A stretch of 64,000 bases of DNA, taken from Octopus bimaculoides (lineage: Eukaryota). The translations under genes and the position numbers were made by a program. Location: contig NC_068981.1 in assembly GCF_001194135.2 (NCBI RefSeq), positions 81,242,564 through 81,306,563 of the forward strand, in the 5' to 3' direction. This document shows positions 51,195 through 64,000 of the stretch, one piece after another; within the stretch, counting starts at the first letter, position 1, and each line of letters opens with the position of its first letter. A model generated the notes under the pieces. That model saw nothing but the letters and a program-made list of their open reading frames with translations. It did no database searches and was not told where the DNA came from.

Positions 51195-51480
51195 TATCTA
51201 GTTGTTGTCATTGTCAACAAATGTCCTTTTTCCATGTGAGCATAAGTGGGACAGTTTGACCAGAGTTGACAAACTGGGAGCTGCATGAAGTTCCAGTCTG
51301 TTTTGGCTTGGATTCTATGGCCGGATGTCCTGCCTAATGCCAACCATCTTACAGAGTGTGTTGGGTGTTTTTTACATGGTACCAGCACGCATAGGCACCT
51401 TTTACATGGCTCGACACAGGAACTTTGTATGTGGCACCAGCATGGGTGCTTTCTATGTGGCACTGGCATAATGCATTCTT
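51195..51480 (-). mobile_element. RTE 3'-end element (family B), old
   Basis: ggccggatgtcctgcctaatgccaacc...acagagtgtgttgggtg. Confidence 0.75.
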
Positions 51481-52682
51481 GGACTGTAGCACATATTTCA
51501 TACCTTATCTAATCAGTTGTTCATCTGTTACCACATGTGTGTGTGTGTGTGTGTGTGTGTAATGAGAAGTGGGGTGTAAAACAGGCTAAGAGAGAGACAC
51601 TACATACAGTAATCAGTTAGTAATAAAAAAGACAGGTGAAAGATAAATAGTGTTAGAGAGAGAGAGGGTTACAACTAATGTGAAAGGAAAAGGAAAAACA
51701 TACTAATATCTAAAAGGAATTTTAGAATTATAAATTTGCAAGGAAGATGAAACAAAAATGGTATAATTATTATAAAAATAATAGAAATAACCATGTAACA
51801 AAATATATTAGGAACTTATCTTTTTTAGAATTATTCATTAAGAAGCTCACTCTACAAACATGTGGTTTTGGGTTCAGTACCAATGTGTGGTAGCTTGGAC
51901 AAGTGTTTTCTACAATATTCTTATGCCAACTAAAACCTTGTGAGTGGATTTAATAGATAAAAACTGAAAGAATTCCATTGTGTGTGATGTGTGTGTACAT
52001 GTGCATGTAGATAGACATATATGTGTGTGCTTGTGTCTCCTTGTTATCATATTTTATGATACTTGTAAGCAAGTGTCACTACCATCATATAAGCAGTGTC
52101 ACTTGTTTGCAGTCCTCTGTGAAAATATATCTGGCCTAGAGGAAATATTACCTTGCTTGGAAACAAGTGAGGGTTAAAATTTGCTTAGGAAATGCAAACC
52201 CAGGTCCAACCCAGGATGTTCAAAGCATTTTCATTACCCCCACCCCCATTACAAAAAAATTTTAGTGGGTCCACTTGTACCCCTTGTTCCCAAGCTTATG
52301 AGAAAATCTACTTTAATGAATTCCATCTGACTCAAACAAGCTTTGAAAAGTGGACAATAAATGATGATGATGATGATGACACAGGGAAACAATGAGAAAC
52401 ATATAGTACTTTAATATCATTAGATATAATAGTTGTAAGGTGACAAAAGTAACAAGACTAAACATTTCACAATTACTTTCTTCTACATTCTGAGTTCAAA
52501 CCTACAAGGGCTAGATTTATTTTCATCCTTCTGAATAAAAAAAAGTTTAAAAAATAATAAATTTTACCAACCTAATTAACTACAGCTCCACTCTACAAAA
52601 ATGTTCTTTGTGCCTAAGAAATCTATATTATCAGATAATTTTTAATCCTAGCTAAGTACTTGGTCATTTGTTCTAAGATTGA

Positions 52683-52898
52683 CCATTTAGCATTCAGGTT
52701 ACTCTGCCAAATATAATGCTTATTTATTTACATTGTTTTGAATTCATCAAGCATTATCTTGAGGCTTCAAGATTTTGATAATGTGATAGTTTATTTTTAA
52801 AATAACATTGTAGGCTAAGTGTAAGAGGTCAAATCTGACCTGATTGAACATAAAACAGAATATGTAGGCCAGATATGGCTGGTTTAAATGCTAATGGG
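52683..52898. mobile_element. piggyBac-like TTAA MITE, third copy, reversed
   Basis: ccatttagcatt ... aatgctaatggg|TTAA. Confidence 0.75.
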
Positions 52899-53369
52899 TT
52901 AAGATGATCTCAACAAGAACTGAATTATGAAGTAATTTTTTTTGCTATGAGTTATGATTGTGGCTAATACCAACCTAGTGTACTGAAATTTCTTTTTCAA
53001 ATAGTATAAAGGTAAAATAGGAAATAATAACAAAAAAATAATAATTTATGGTAACATAACTTTGCATTACCAATTTCGGTGCTTCTAGTTACATTTCTGT
53101 CTCAGACATTTGGTATAAATGATGTACCATAGAAAATTCAAAGAAGAATCTCAAATCAATGAGATGCACTAGCTATACATCTGGGACACTTACATATGAA
53201 CATGAGCCTACACGCACGCACACATTTTTATATATTGATATTGAACACATAATGTAGTGTGTGTACCATAAAAGAAAAATTAGTTTGTAAAAAGCTTTAA
53301 GAGATTTTACTTTTGCATTCTCCCACAAGTAACAATAATTGATAATAATAATACAAGATAGATAACATA

Positions 53370-53432
<63 letters not shown>

Positions 53433-54204
53433 GTTTAGGACAAGCAGTAAGTTGTCATAATAGCACAAATATTTTTTAATATATTCCAAAGCCATCACAA
53501 AGAGAATTTTCACGAACATACCATAAAATAGAAAGTGGTTTGTAAAAACATTAATTTGAACAAAGATACACTAAACATCTACAGTAAAAAAGAGTCATAT
53601 ATCCTCATTACAAGGATATGTCCATAATTTGCAATAAAAAAAAAAACAGCATAATTTATATAGTTACACTGAGGACGCAAAAGTTCCAATCTGAAGTACA
53701 CTCTTATTTATTAATTATAATATAGATGATATGTCAAAGGCAAAATTGAAATATCTGACTAGGATATTGTTTGTAGTAAATAAGGAGACAATACCAATTT
53801 ATAGACACAGCTTTTTATATTAAATAGGTTTAATTGTGTATACGTTGAAGATGACTTAATTGGTAAAGCAAGCCAAGATAATGTTTACTAGGAGTGTAAG
53901 TGGTAAAAATGATAGCATGCCACTTTCAAAAACATGCACAACAAAATGGCAAATGTACATTAAGATATATGTTGGTTAAGTGTTTAAGAGTATCAGCTTA
54001 AACTATACTGGGGCATACTGTAAGATAAAGCACTGTTTTTTTCTACTTGCCCCATACAAGAAAAAATAGCATTCCTACTCAGTAGTTAGTTAGCATTCAG
54101 GACAAGTAATATGCTAAATTCTGTAATTTATGCTAAATCAAATTTACACAACAATCTGGCTGAAAGATTGTATATCAAAAATTCATTTAAAACTATATGA
54201 AAGG

Positions 54205-54585
54205 TGCAGGCATGGCTGTGTGGTTAAGATTGCTTTGCAATCACATGGGTCTGGTGTCAGTTCCATTGTATGGCATCTTGAGCAAGTGTTTTCTACTACA
54301 GCCTCTGGCTGACCAAAGCCTGGTGAGTGGATTTGGTAAGTGGAAACTAAAAGAAGCCTGTTGTATATATATGTGTGTGTTTGAGTATCATTGTGTCTGT
54401 GTTTGTCTGCTACCACCACTTGACAACCAGTGTCAGTATGTTTACATCCCTGTAACTTAGTGGTTCAGCAAAAGATACCGATAAAATAAGTACTGGAGGT
54501 TGATTCATTCAACTAAAAATCCTTCAAGGCCATGTTGCAGCACGACCACAGTCTAATGACTGAAACGAGTAAAAGAAAAAAAGAT
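54205..54585 (+). mobile_element. SINE family A, full length, CpG-depleted
   Basis: Colinear with 46785-47160. Confidence 0.88.
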
Positions 54586-54679
54586 GATACTAAACTCAGT
54601 AACTATTCCCCCATATTTTTATTATTTTTTAAAAATTTACAATGTCTGGAAGAAGGGACACAGCCCATAGCCTCTGCAG

Positions 54680-54860
54680 GCTCTCTAGACCAGTGAGATT
54701 GATGCCTTTAATGTTGCTCTTGTATTTTTGTTAGTCAAGATACTAGATATGAGTAGGGAAGAAATTCCAGAGAGTTAACATTCTGGGAAAGAAGGGATGG
54801 ATGAAGTAATTAGAGCAGGAACTGGCATTTGAGTACAACAGAAATGGTAGGAGAGGAAAG
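54680..54860 (-). mobile_element. CR1/Jockey-group LINE 3' fragment
   Basis: Minus-strand PFFPRMLTLWNFFP, same motif as at 50.5 kb. Confidence 0.6.
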
Positions 54861-55869
54861 ACAAATAGGATATAGATATCCGTTTGTATCTATCCTTTCA
54901 CTAAAACTGAACCATATTCATAGATTAGATGCTTAATTACATCAAATACTAAATCCACCTAAGTAAATATATACCAAAGAGTGGGATGCTTCCTGTTGGA
55001 AGCAGTAGCAGTACTGTAAAACTGATTAGTGTTTTGGTGATCTGCACTAATAAGTTAAATTCCCTTCATGGGTGTGGGGAGAAGAAAGGTTGTTTCTCAT
55101 ACACACACATATATAATCATCATCATTTATTGTCTGCTTTCTATGTCAGCATGGATAGGACAGTTTGATAGGATCTAATAGATTTGAGGACTGCATTGAA
55201 CTCCACTGTCTGTTTTGGTAATGTTTTCTATGGCGGGATGCCCTTCTTAACACTAACTACTCTACAGAGAGTACTGTGTGTTTTTCTTAAGGTACTAAGA
55301 CTAGGAAGATTGCCAAGTAACTTGCAAGATAGAAAAATTCCTCCATGACAGAGTGGATGTGTAGTAGAGAGGGAGATGGTTTTATGCTTAGAATATATAC
55401 ATATAGATTTAACTCATGTAGTAGACATATAAACAGGCTAAATCTAACTATTTCTTTATAGACTGAAAAAAATTATGAACAACCTTAATTAATTTTCAAA
55501 AATGATTGAGTTCTCACCAGAGGTGTCTACATCAATGGACCAATTCATAGTGTACATAGTGAAGTGCTCCAGGGATTGGAGAGGGTAAATGGGTGAGTGA
55601 GTTCACAGGATTGCAAAATGAGAGAGGGAGATGGAGGGAAAAATGTACTGGATGGGCACAGGTAGATGGAGGGGGTATTAGGAGGATGTACTGTGGGGAA
55701 GAGATTCAACAGGGACATATTGTATGCAGACAAAATTCGCTGAGGCAGATTTTCTCGAGTTGGATGCTCTTCCTGTTGCCAGCCCTCATTTGTTTCCAAA
55801 CAATGGTAATATTCAGCTTAGTTCTTCAAACATGAACAGCTCCATGACCAGACATGTTTTCATGGAAGC

Positions 55870-56190
55870 TTGTATGGTACTTTGAGCAAGTGTCTTCAGC
55901 TATATCTCTGTGTTGACCAGAGATATAGCTGTGCTGACCAGTGCCTTGTGAGCAAAATTTGGCAGTTAGAAACAGTGGTGTGTGCGTGTGTGAATGTTTA
56001 TTGGTCTCTCACCACTTGACAATTAGTGTAGGTTTGTTTACATCCCTGTAACTTGGCAGTTCAGAGAAAATACCAATGGAATGAGTATGAGATTTAAAAT
56101 AAATAAAGGAGTCAATCTGATCAACTAAACAAAGGTGGTAATGCAACAAAGCTGTAGTCCAATGATTGGAACAAGTAAAATACAGAAGTG
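55870..56190 (+). mobile_element. SINE family A, decayed
   Basis: ctttgagcaagtgtcttc...gccttgtgagcaaaatttgg...ttgacaattagtgtaggtttgtttacatccctgtaac. Confidence 0.7.
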
Positions 56191-56859
56191 TCTGTTTATG
56201 TATACATCAACCAAGACAGATGTTGTATATATATTGTGTCCCTTTATCTTCTACAGTTAAAAAAAAGGGACTAAAGTACTGGGACCTAAATAACTGACTA
56301 AACACTTAAAAAGGTGGTGCTCCAGCATGACCACTGTTCACTGACTGAAATTAGTGACAGAATAAAAGAATGTGCAAGTATTGACAAAACTAACATAAAT
56401 CAAATTTCTTTCCTAATGAGAAAAGCAATATAAAAACAAGTATTTCAGCAATGAATAAAAGAAATATGATTTCATTGCAAGTTAGGGAGAAAAGAGGACA
56501 AGTATATAATCCATAAAAATTAAATAAATAAAGCAATGATATGAAACTTAAAACTTCAAACCAAGCCTTCATAAATCCTCTCCTTGTTTATGACATGAGT
56601 GTATGTGAAGGTGTGTGCATGTAGGTGAGAAAAAAAAAGAAATAAAACATGCAGCAGACAGACAAACTGACATGGAAAGAGTATGTGAATTAGCGTGTTT
56701 TATCTATCACTCTCAAGGACATATGACATGGTACCATATATGATGCTTTTCCAAATTGTTTTAGGTATCTACAAAGCCACAAGCAGACAAAGACACCCTC
56801 CTGACCCTTCCAACCATGTCTCAGTGAAGGCTGGAGGGAGACAGATTTGCACCAGCATT

Positions 56860-57010
56860 AGGCTGCTATCTACTCTTTTCAGTTAAATGGACTAGGGCAA
56901 TGTGAAATGAAGTGCCTAGCTCAAGGACACAATGTCCAGGCCTGCCCAGTCTAGGAACAAAACCTACAACTTTATGACTATGAGCCCAACACCTGAACCA
57001 CTGAAAAAAG
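56860..57010 (-). mobile_element. CORE-type SINE, decayed
   Basis: Reverse complement tgtgtccttgagctaggcacttcatttcacattgccctagtcc. Confidence 0.6.
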
Positions 57011-58354
57011 CCAATGTGTGTGTGTGCATCTGTGTTTGTGCACATGTGCATTTATTTACATTTGCACACAACAAAAGTCATAAGCTAGAAGCTGTGCTGT
57101 TGTTGTTAGTTTCTCTTGTTAACAGATTGTCCAACTGCTTCATTCTACATTCAAAGTTGTGTGAAATAAGAGATTCCTCATAGGAAAAACAGGTGAAGGT
57201 TAGCAACAGAAAGAGCATCCAATTGTAAAACAAAGCCTCAATAAAATAATCATCTAACCCATACAAGCAAGGAAAAACAGACATATAATTAATAAACGAA
57301 TATATTTCATAGGTTTTATGTCTGCTTTTTCCACACTGACATGAGTTAGATGAGACTTAACCAAGGTAGTATCCCACAACTGAATGACCTTCCAGTTGCC
57401 AACTCATATTTGTGCTTCAAATTAGGTATCTTCAGTCCACTGGTTTTCACATGTTGAAAATAAATGACCCCCACCCAGCACCACCATATTGTTTAGAGGT
57501 GGGCACCCAAACATTGCCAATACTAAGTCTCACGCACACAGAAATGTATGGGTGGAAGTTATATACTAGAGTTAGGGTAATGAGGGATGATGATATGCAA
57601 GCTAAATAAATAGACTGACACAGAAATAACAAAAATAAAACAATAACTCAATAATCAAAAATGAAAAAAAAAAAACCACTTCCTTTTTACAAAGTCATTG
57701 TTTTCATTTCCAACCAAAGTAGTAATTAGTGAAACACATAAACTCACACATAGTCACATGCAAACACACAAACTCATACTCAGTCACAGGCAAAACATAC
57801 AGACATAGTCTCACGCTCACTCAGACATGTACACACACACTCATAGACACACACACATACATGCAACACACTCACAGACACACAAATATTAAATGTGAGA
57901 AAATCTTATTTGTTGAAAGGTAAAATCCAGTTTTAGCCAGGTCAACAACAACAAAGTTACTTCTTCACATGTATTTGTTCTGAATTTACTTCTAAATATA
58001 GGCACAAGGTCAGAAATCTGGAGAGAGTGAGGGGTTAATTGATTAAATCATCTACAGTATGTGAATGAATGGTGTTTTGTTTTATTGGCCCTGGGGGGAT
58101 GAAAAGCACACAGTTGGCCTGTCAGGATTTGAACCCTGAACATAAAGAGCTGTAACTAATCATGGCTTGAATGCCTTTTGATTATAGGTCTACTTCATCA
58201 GAGTTGATTTTGTGTTAGACTATAGCATCCACCAGTATAATGAATGCATTGCTCTTGTGAGAATCATTTCATCTATGTATGCATGGAAGAATAAATATAA
58301 AATGGTGAAAATATCTGAAGAGGGTTTGCATTGCAGGATGACAACTTCTAGAAA

Positions 58355-58520
58355 TAATATTGTGGCTGAGAACTTGCTTTCCAACCATGTGGTTCTGAGT
58401 TCAATCCCACGACATGGCACCTTTGACAAGTGTATTCTGTTATAGCCCTCAGTTGACCAAAGGATTTGGTAGATGGAAATCGAAAGAAGCCTGTTGCATA
58501 TGTGTGTGTGTGTATGTTTG
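58355..58520 (+). mobile_element. SINE family A head half
   Basis: gtggctgagaacttgctttccaaccatgtggttctgagttcaatccc. Confidence 0.8.
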
Positions 58521-59519
58521 CCGCCAGTGCCAAAAAGTGCTGTTACCAAAATAGACCCAATGTCAACTCAGCCATGCCAAATCACCAATATTAAAACAAT
58601 CATGCCCAATTGTCACATTCCAGAGGATTTAACAACCTCTCTAGTGCTGATTCCATAAAAATATACATTAAGTATACATTGTAAAATGGATGGCAAGCAC
58701 TTGGAGAAAACATAGGGCTGTGAAATCCCTTTAGTTTTGTCACACCAAAATTTATCAACCTTTCTAGTATTAGTGCCACAAGAAAATAGACCCAGTACAC
58801 TCTATCAAGTACGTGGTGTTAGAAATGGTACCCAGCCTAGAAACCAAATCAAAATGTCACGTTTTAACACCATTCTATGAGAGCAGTGGCTTCTAATAAG
58901 TGATTTGGATTATAACCTATTCAAGCTATGTCATGCCATCAGACATAAAATATGATAATGATAGTGACACCAGTCTCAAAGATTGTGAGTCCAAATCGAC
59001 TGTGATTGTGAACTGGATAATTTATTACTTAACTATTAGAAATAGATACCAGAAAATCTCTGGGAACATTACATCTGCAATAGACAAGTATCTTCTCTTG
59101 GAGAAGACAGTTTCTAATCTATTTAATGTTGCAGAAACTTGTGTGATTTATAATACAAGTACCAGCCAGTTTATATTTTCATATTGCATCCTAGATGTTA
59201 ATGGGATTATAATAAAAAGAATAGCATTTGTTCAGAGTGTATAGTTTAACAACCAATGAGTATTTTAAATAAATAAAAATAAAGTCTAAACTGGAATTAA
59301 AGCCCTGATAGCAGCAATGTCAGTGAAAAGATACAGGAAGCTGTCAAGTTAGATAGATGAATATTGGCTTGCTTATTCAATCAGATACTGTTTAGTCCAA
59401 TCTGAATGAACTGGTTCACAAAATATCACAAAGATTGACAGAGACGTCTGTGAACAGGGTGTGGGCAGGGTGGTAGCAGCAGCATCAATAGTAGTGAAAG
59501 TAGTGGTGGTGGTGGTAGG

Positions 59520-59612
59520 AGTAGGAGTAGGAGGAGGAGGAGGGTGAGGAGAAAGTGGAGGAAGGTGAGGAGAAAGTGGAGGAGGATGAAGAGAAAGTGG
59601 AGGAGGGTGGGT
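59520..59612. repeat. Purine-rich (GGA)n plus three 21-nt units (ggtgaggagaaagtggagga-like)
   Basis: Direct. Confidence 0.9.
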
Positions 59613-60077
59613 GATGGGTGTTTGAGTTCATTCTGTTATGATTCCATCCCTGAAATGTCTCTACTGGTTAGTTACTAATAAATTTCACTCATGCAGAGCA
59701 CCATGAATGAGTCATGTCACTGACAAAATCAACAACACACACTATTATAAAAACATAAAATCCGTTAGAATAAAAGTGTTCTATTGATTGAGTCTTCTCA
59801 GTTTGAAATGTATCAAATTTATATTTTGCTGTCTGTTAGGAACTTCAAACATAGACAAAGAAAAAAGAAAAAAAGAAGGAGGGGCAGAATTAGCTGAAAG
59901 TGATGCCAAACAGTGCCAAGTTATTGAGGTTGAATAACTAAGTTGTAGTTTTTGCTTTTGTTTAATTCCAGGTCATCCTTGATGGATCAGGTTTATGATA
60001 AAAAAAAAACATTGTCGCTTTCCATTTTTTAGGGACTATATTTTCCTGTGTGTCCATTCTTTATTTAAGATTGTCGG

Positions 60078-60250
60078 CAGGGCTGCCTTTAGGCATGAGC
60101 AAACTGGACTGTTGTCCAGGGGCCTCACTGGTCTAGAGGCAAGGGGCCAAATTCTAATCTGTGCATCTTGTGGCTTGCTGTCAATAAAAAATACTATAGG
60201 GGCCAGTACATTGATTTGCCCAGGGGCTATGAACCTGCTTTGATAGCCTG
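60078..60250. mobile_element. hAT-like MITE
   Basis: cagggctgcctttagg ... ttgcccaggggctatgaacctgctttgatagcctg; a related end occurs near 20650-20700. Confidence 0.55.
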
Positions 60251-60779
60251 ATTGTAGGGTATGATTTGAAGGAAATTTGGGACCTATTTCTAGCATGTCA
60301 AGACTACTAGAAAACCCACCAAGCTGATAAAACAGTCTAATTGAGTATGATAAAACAGTCTAGTAGAGTATGATTTGTAAAGTATGATTTGAAGGAGATT
60401 TGGGTACTGTTTCTAGCATATCGACTTACTGTGTAAAGGCTCCTTTCACTGGAGCTAGTTGATATCATACTGAACACCAAGTCACTGATTACTGGACAAC
60501 ACACCAAACTGATAGTGATCTACTGGACTATGAGTAGAGGCATGGCCGTGTGCATGAGAAGTTTGCTCCACAACTGTGTGGTTTTAGATTCAGTTTCTAT
60601 TGTGCAGTACAATGGGTCAACCAACACATGTAAATGAAATTTGATGGATGTAAAGTGTGTAGAAACCCATCAGGATGGATCATACCTGGGTAGTTGACTT
60701 AATCCATCACCCAGTTTAACAACACTTGTTTTTATTTTTTGTTCTTTTTCTGTGCTTTTAATGGTGCACCCTGTTGCAA

Positions 60780-61758
60780 GCATTCATGCCAGACCTTCAG
60801 TCTCAGAATAGCCTCCTTCCTTTCTTAATCTTGGTTTAGTCATATGAGGAAGGCTTTAGCTATCAACTTCAGTGACTCTGAAATTGCTTGTTTGTTGAAT
60901 GTAGCTACATTCTTTTTTGTTCAGGCCAGAAAGAAGCTGGGGGCCTCTGGCAGTAATGTATTGTCTGTGGCCAGGAGAAAGAAACATTCTTAGCACTTAG
61001 ACATCAAGTCGTGTTTGTCCAGTAAGGTCTAAGGTAGCATTGACAACAACCCTAAAGTGTTTATGAGAGTCATTACCAAGCAACCAAAAGTGATTGAGAC
61101 CACTCTCAGGCATGTGGTGCATGAGAAGCTGGGAAACTCTGGACCTCTGGCAGAAATGTGTTGTTTGTGACCAGGACAAAGAACATTATCAGTTGTCAGA
61201 TATCATCAGGCCAGTCAAGTTTGTCTAGCAGGTCAAGGGCATCATTAACAATCCTAGTGAGCTTGGTAATGGGATGACCATTACCAAGCAATAAAAGGTG
61301 GAGGAATCCACTATCAGACATGTGGTGCATGAAGACTAAGATACAAGTTATGTGATGAAGAAAGGGCAGTTTATTTCTGGTCAAACTGGGAGAACCTTGT
61401 GATCATATAACTCTCCAATATCATGTGGTCCCCTTGCTCTCTAGATTTAAACTTTAAACTCTCTAAACTATTTTATTTGGAGGTTTCTGTTGTGGGCATA
61501 GTGAATACAATAGGCAGAGGCCACCTGATCATGGCATGCAGTCACCTCTTTAGCTGCAACGAGACCATTCACTGGGGGATGTCATTAGGGCTGAGAGTAA
61601 CTTTGTTGAATGACCTGTTTGTTAGATTGATTATCTTCCTTTACTAGTTTCAGCTCAAGAGCTGCAACCATCTGAGAAATTGTTATTTTATCTGATTGGT
61701 GTCTTTGTTTCTGCAAGTATTTTGTTTTGCTTTTTGTTTGTTCTGGCACCCCTGTGTA
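60780..61758 (+). mobile_element. Tc1/mariner (maT/DD37D-like) remnant with a tandemly duplicated ~200-bp N-terminal block
   Basis: SDSEIACLLNVA...RKKLGASGSNVLSVARRKKH; two copies of IETTLRHVVHE/EESTIRHVVHED; YVMKKGQF; WSPCSLDLN; terminal gcacccctg. Confidence 0.75.
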
Positions 61759-61829
61759 TCATCACAGCAGATAACATAATGGGGGTAACATTTTCAGAGC
61801 AATGATAAAACTAGAGAATTGTAATGCAA

Positions 61830-61990
61830 TCACTCTTCCTACTGTAAATAGACGTCAAACCTACTTCCAATTATACCCTACTATCTTCAAAGAGGAGAAG
61901 GAAACATTGGGTAATGTATTCTTAGATACACTTATGTCTAAAACAACAAATGGGATAGTCACATTTCAGATATCTTCAATTATAAGTCTA
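61830..61990 (+). mobile_element. Possible Penelope-like RT fragment
   Basis: PTIFKEEKETLGNVFLDTLMSKTTNG resembles the PLE RT motif F.xE.E....FLD; judged by eye only. Confidence 0.35.
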
Positions 61991-62127
61991 CTTGATCAGG
62001 GCTTATCTGGAGGTCAAACAATGACAAGAACATTTGTTTTGGTGGACTGAAACATAAGACACATTTATGAGAAGTGAGGTGATTGAGTTAATGAAGAATG
62101 CTTCAGTATTATATCATCATGACCGAT

Positions 62128-62345
62128 ATCCAAATTACAGAGGAGAAGGCTAGCCACTAGATTTGGTTAAAAGGAGACGATGAGCGATGGCTAGAGAAAT
62201 ATTGAGCTTTGTTTTTAATAACCAGTTGATCTAGCAAGCGGGACCTCATATCAGTGAGAGGGGGCCGGTGCACATTGATGCCGTCGAGAGGTAGGCCCCG
62301 AAACGGCACGCATTCTCTCCTGATGACCCCATACATTTGCTGGCT
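62128..62345 (+). mobile_element. Second, divergent HERO-type LINE 3' end
   Basis: IQITEEKASH*IWLKGDDERWLEKY* (62128-62205) aligns with IQEAVEKASFYIWLKREDRIWLE of the 42-kb element; followed by the same RNA motif. Confidence 0.75.
62231..62343 (+). ncRNA. Permuted hammerhead-like structured RNA, second copy
   Basis: UGCCGUC/GAGAG-GUA-GGCCCC-GAAACGGCA...CUCUC-CUGAUGA; GGGGCC partner at 62261-66. Confidence 0.7.
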
Positions 62346-63361
62346 TCCGGTATGCAGAGTTCCTGGCTGGTAGCACTTGCATGTGCAAGTTGTTTGAAAG
62401 ACATCTTGATGTTTTAAACAAGTGAAAAACCAACTTCCAACTAAATAAATACAAAATTTTAAATGAGATTGAAAATGAATCTAAGAGTTATGATATTTTT
62501 ATGTGATAAAATTAAATTGAAATTTTCCATAACACAACTCCAGACAGGAAATTGTGGTACATTCCTGCTTGTTAACAATGTATTCCTTGGTGTGAACATA
62601 TGCACTCAGAAAAAGAAAAGTAAAACATAAGATTAATGTTATAACTAAATAATTTGATTGTCATATTTCTTAAATTAGAGCTAAAATATATTAAATTGAA
62701 ATTGATTGAAACAAAATAACAATATATTTTCAGTTGGAAGTTACTGTACTTGCCAGAACAAGTACAAAGGAAGCAATTCATATGATGTTTACAAAAGTCT
62801 GGATAAAGAAAAGTCATAAAAATAATGTTGAAATGTGAAAGAGAATATAAAATAAAACAACCATTCTCTATTTTGTTATTGACTAAAAGCAAGCAATGTT
62901 CAACAGAGCCATTGAAAATATTAATTTCAAAATATAAGCACCAAAATACAAGCTGACAGTTAAAGAGTGATACAATATTTGTCTTTGAATTTGCAGAGTT
63001 GATAGTTATAATCTATAAAATATCATGCTATATGTTTACAGTTAACTATTTTCCTTTGAGTATTATAGTCCTTAAAATTCTCTAGATGTAGAGGCCTCTT
63101 TTAATTTAACATTTTGTGTTAATCTAGTAGTGTCAATTAAAATAACCTACTTATTAATGAACTAAAACTCACAAAAATGAATTTAGCAAACCAGATATGA
63201 CAAGCATAGCAAAATATAAATTCAGATTTAAATAGACAAAGCAAATGAAAATGAAAGAGCAAATATATGTTAGAAATTCAAAAAATTCTGAGAAAATTAA
63301 TTTTAAAAGCTAATTTCTTAATAGCGCATTCCTAAATGTTTTCATAGCAACTCATCCATAC

Positions 63362-63507
63362 CAGAGTGTTCTTGCAGTCTTCCAAAAGCTCAACCATTTC
63401 CCTCAAATCCATTGCTCAGCGTAGATGCTGTAACTGTATCCTGTGGCAACTAAATACAAAGCCAATGAAATTCCTTATCTTCCAAAATGGTTGTCAAGTT
63501 CCCAGAA
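63362..63507 (-). CDS. Candidate host exon with 5' UTR and start codon (MDLREMVELLEDCKNTL, CDS 63412-63362)
   Basis: Long pyrimidine tract ...ttcatttattttag| acceptor, ctg|gtatgg donor, in-frame TGA just before the ATG, phase 0. No homology recognised. Confidence 0.45.
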
Positions 63508-64000
63508 CTAAAATAAATGAAGAAAAAAAAAACCAGATAATGAAGGAAAATATGAATCAATAGTACTTTATAACTTGATCTGAATGCAGATTTTTTTTTT
63601 TAAATGATGAAAGAAAATAACCTTTAAAAATGTCCAGATCCTGTGTAATATTACAGCAGATTCATTTATTGATAAATAACTAAATATTTTTTTATGTATT
63701 AGGCATTAAATAGACCAGATTAAGAAAATAGATTTATGCTTTTAAACAGTGACTAATCAATATGCTTGTCTAATTTTATTTTATTTTATAATTTTCATCT
63801 GGTAGAATATGTAATGGTTACAGGGTGTATACACACATTATATCTGTATATGTGATGGCTTGTCACTGCATCTTCTTGCAAACACAACAACATAGAAAAC
63901 CAGCCAAACTAAGTGTTGTGTATGTCTTACAGGGTAGACTGACAGCTTGAAAGGTTATTTCACATGAAAAGAATTGAAGGGTCCCTTCTATCCTGTATCA

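Noticed and set aside
58900-59244. 114-aa ORF
   Set aside because: GTG start, AT-rich, no recognisable domain or splice support.

Overview
AT-rich, microsatellite-dense eukaryotic DNA with several N gaps. The repeat families (tRNA/CORE-type SINEs, RTE 3' ends with (GAT)n tails, mariner/Tc1 remnants) match what I recall of octopus genomes; this species call is an inference. There is no intact host gene, CRISPR array or prokaryotic feature. Most of the window is decayed transposable elements: RTE, CR1-like and HERO-type (restriction-like endonuclease) LINEs, mariner/Tc1, hAT/piggyBac-like MITEs, and at least four SINE families. A few weak host-exon candidates lie mainly on the minus strand. Main finding: two divergent HERO-type LINE 3' UTRs (41.7 kb minus, 62.3 kb plus) carry the same permuted, pseudoknotted hammerhead-ribozyme-like motif (GUH, GAAA, CUGAUGA) with compensatory changes in three stems. 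Separately, a tRNA-headed non-autonomous element at 25.7 kb carries a Penelope-type minimal hammerhead. Edges of decayed repeats are approximate; motif coordinates were read base by base. All folds and alignments were done by eye.
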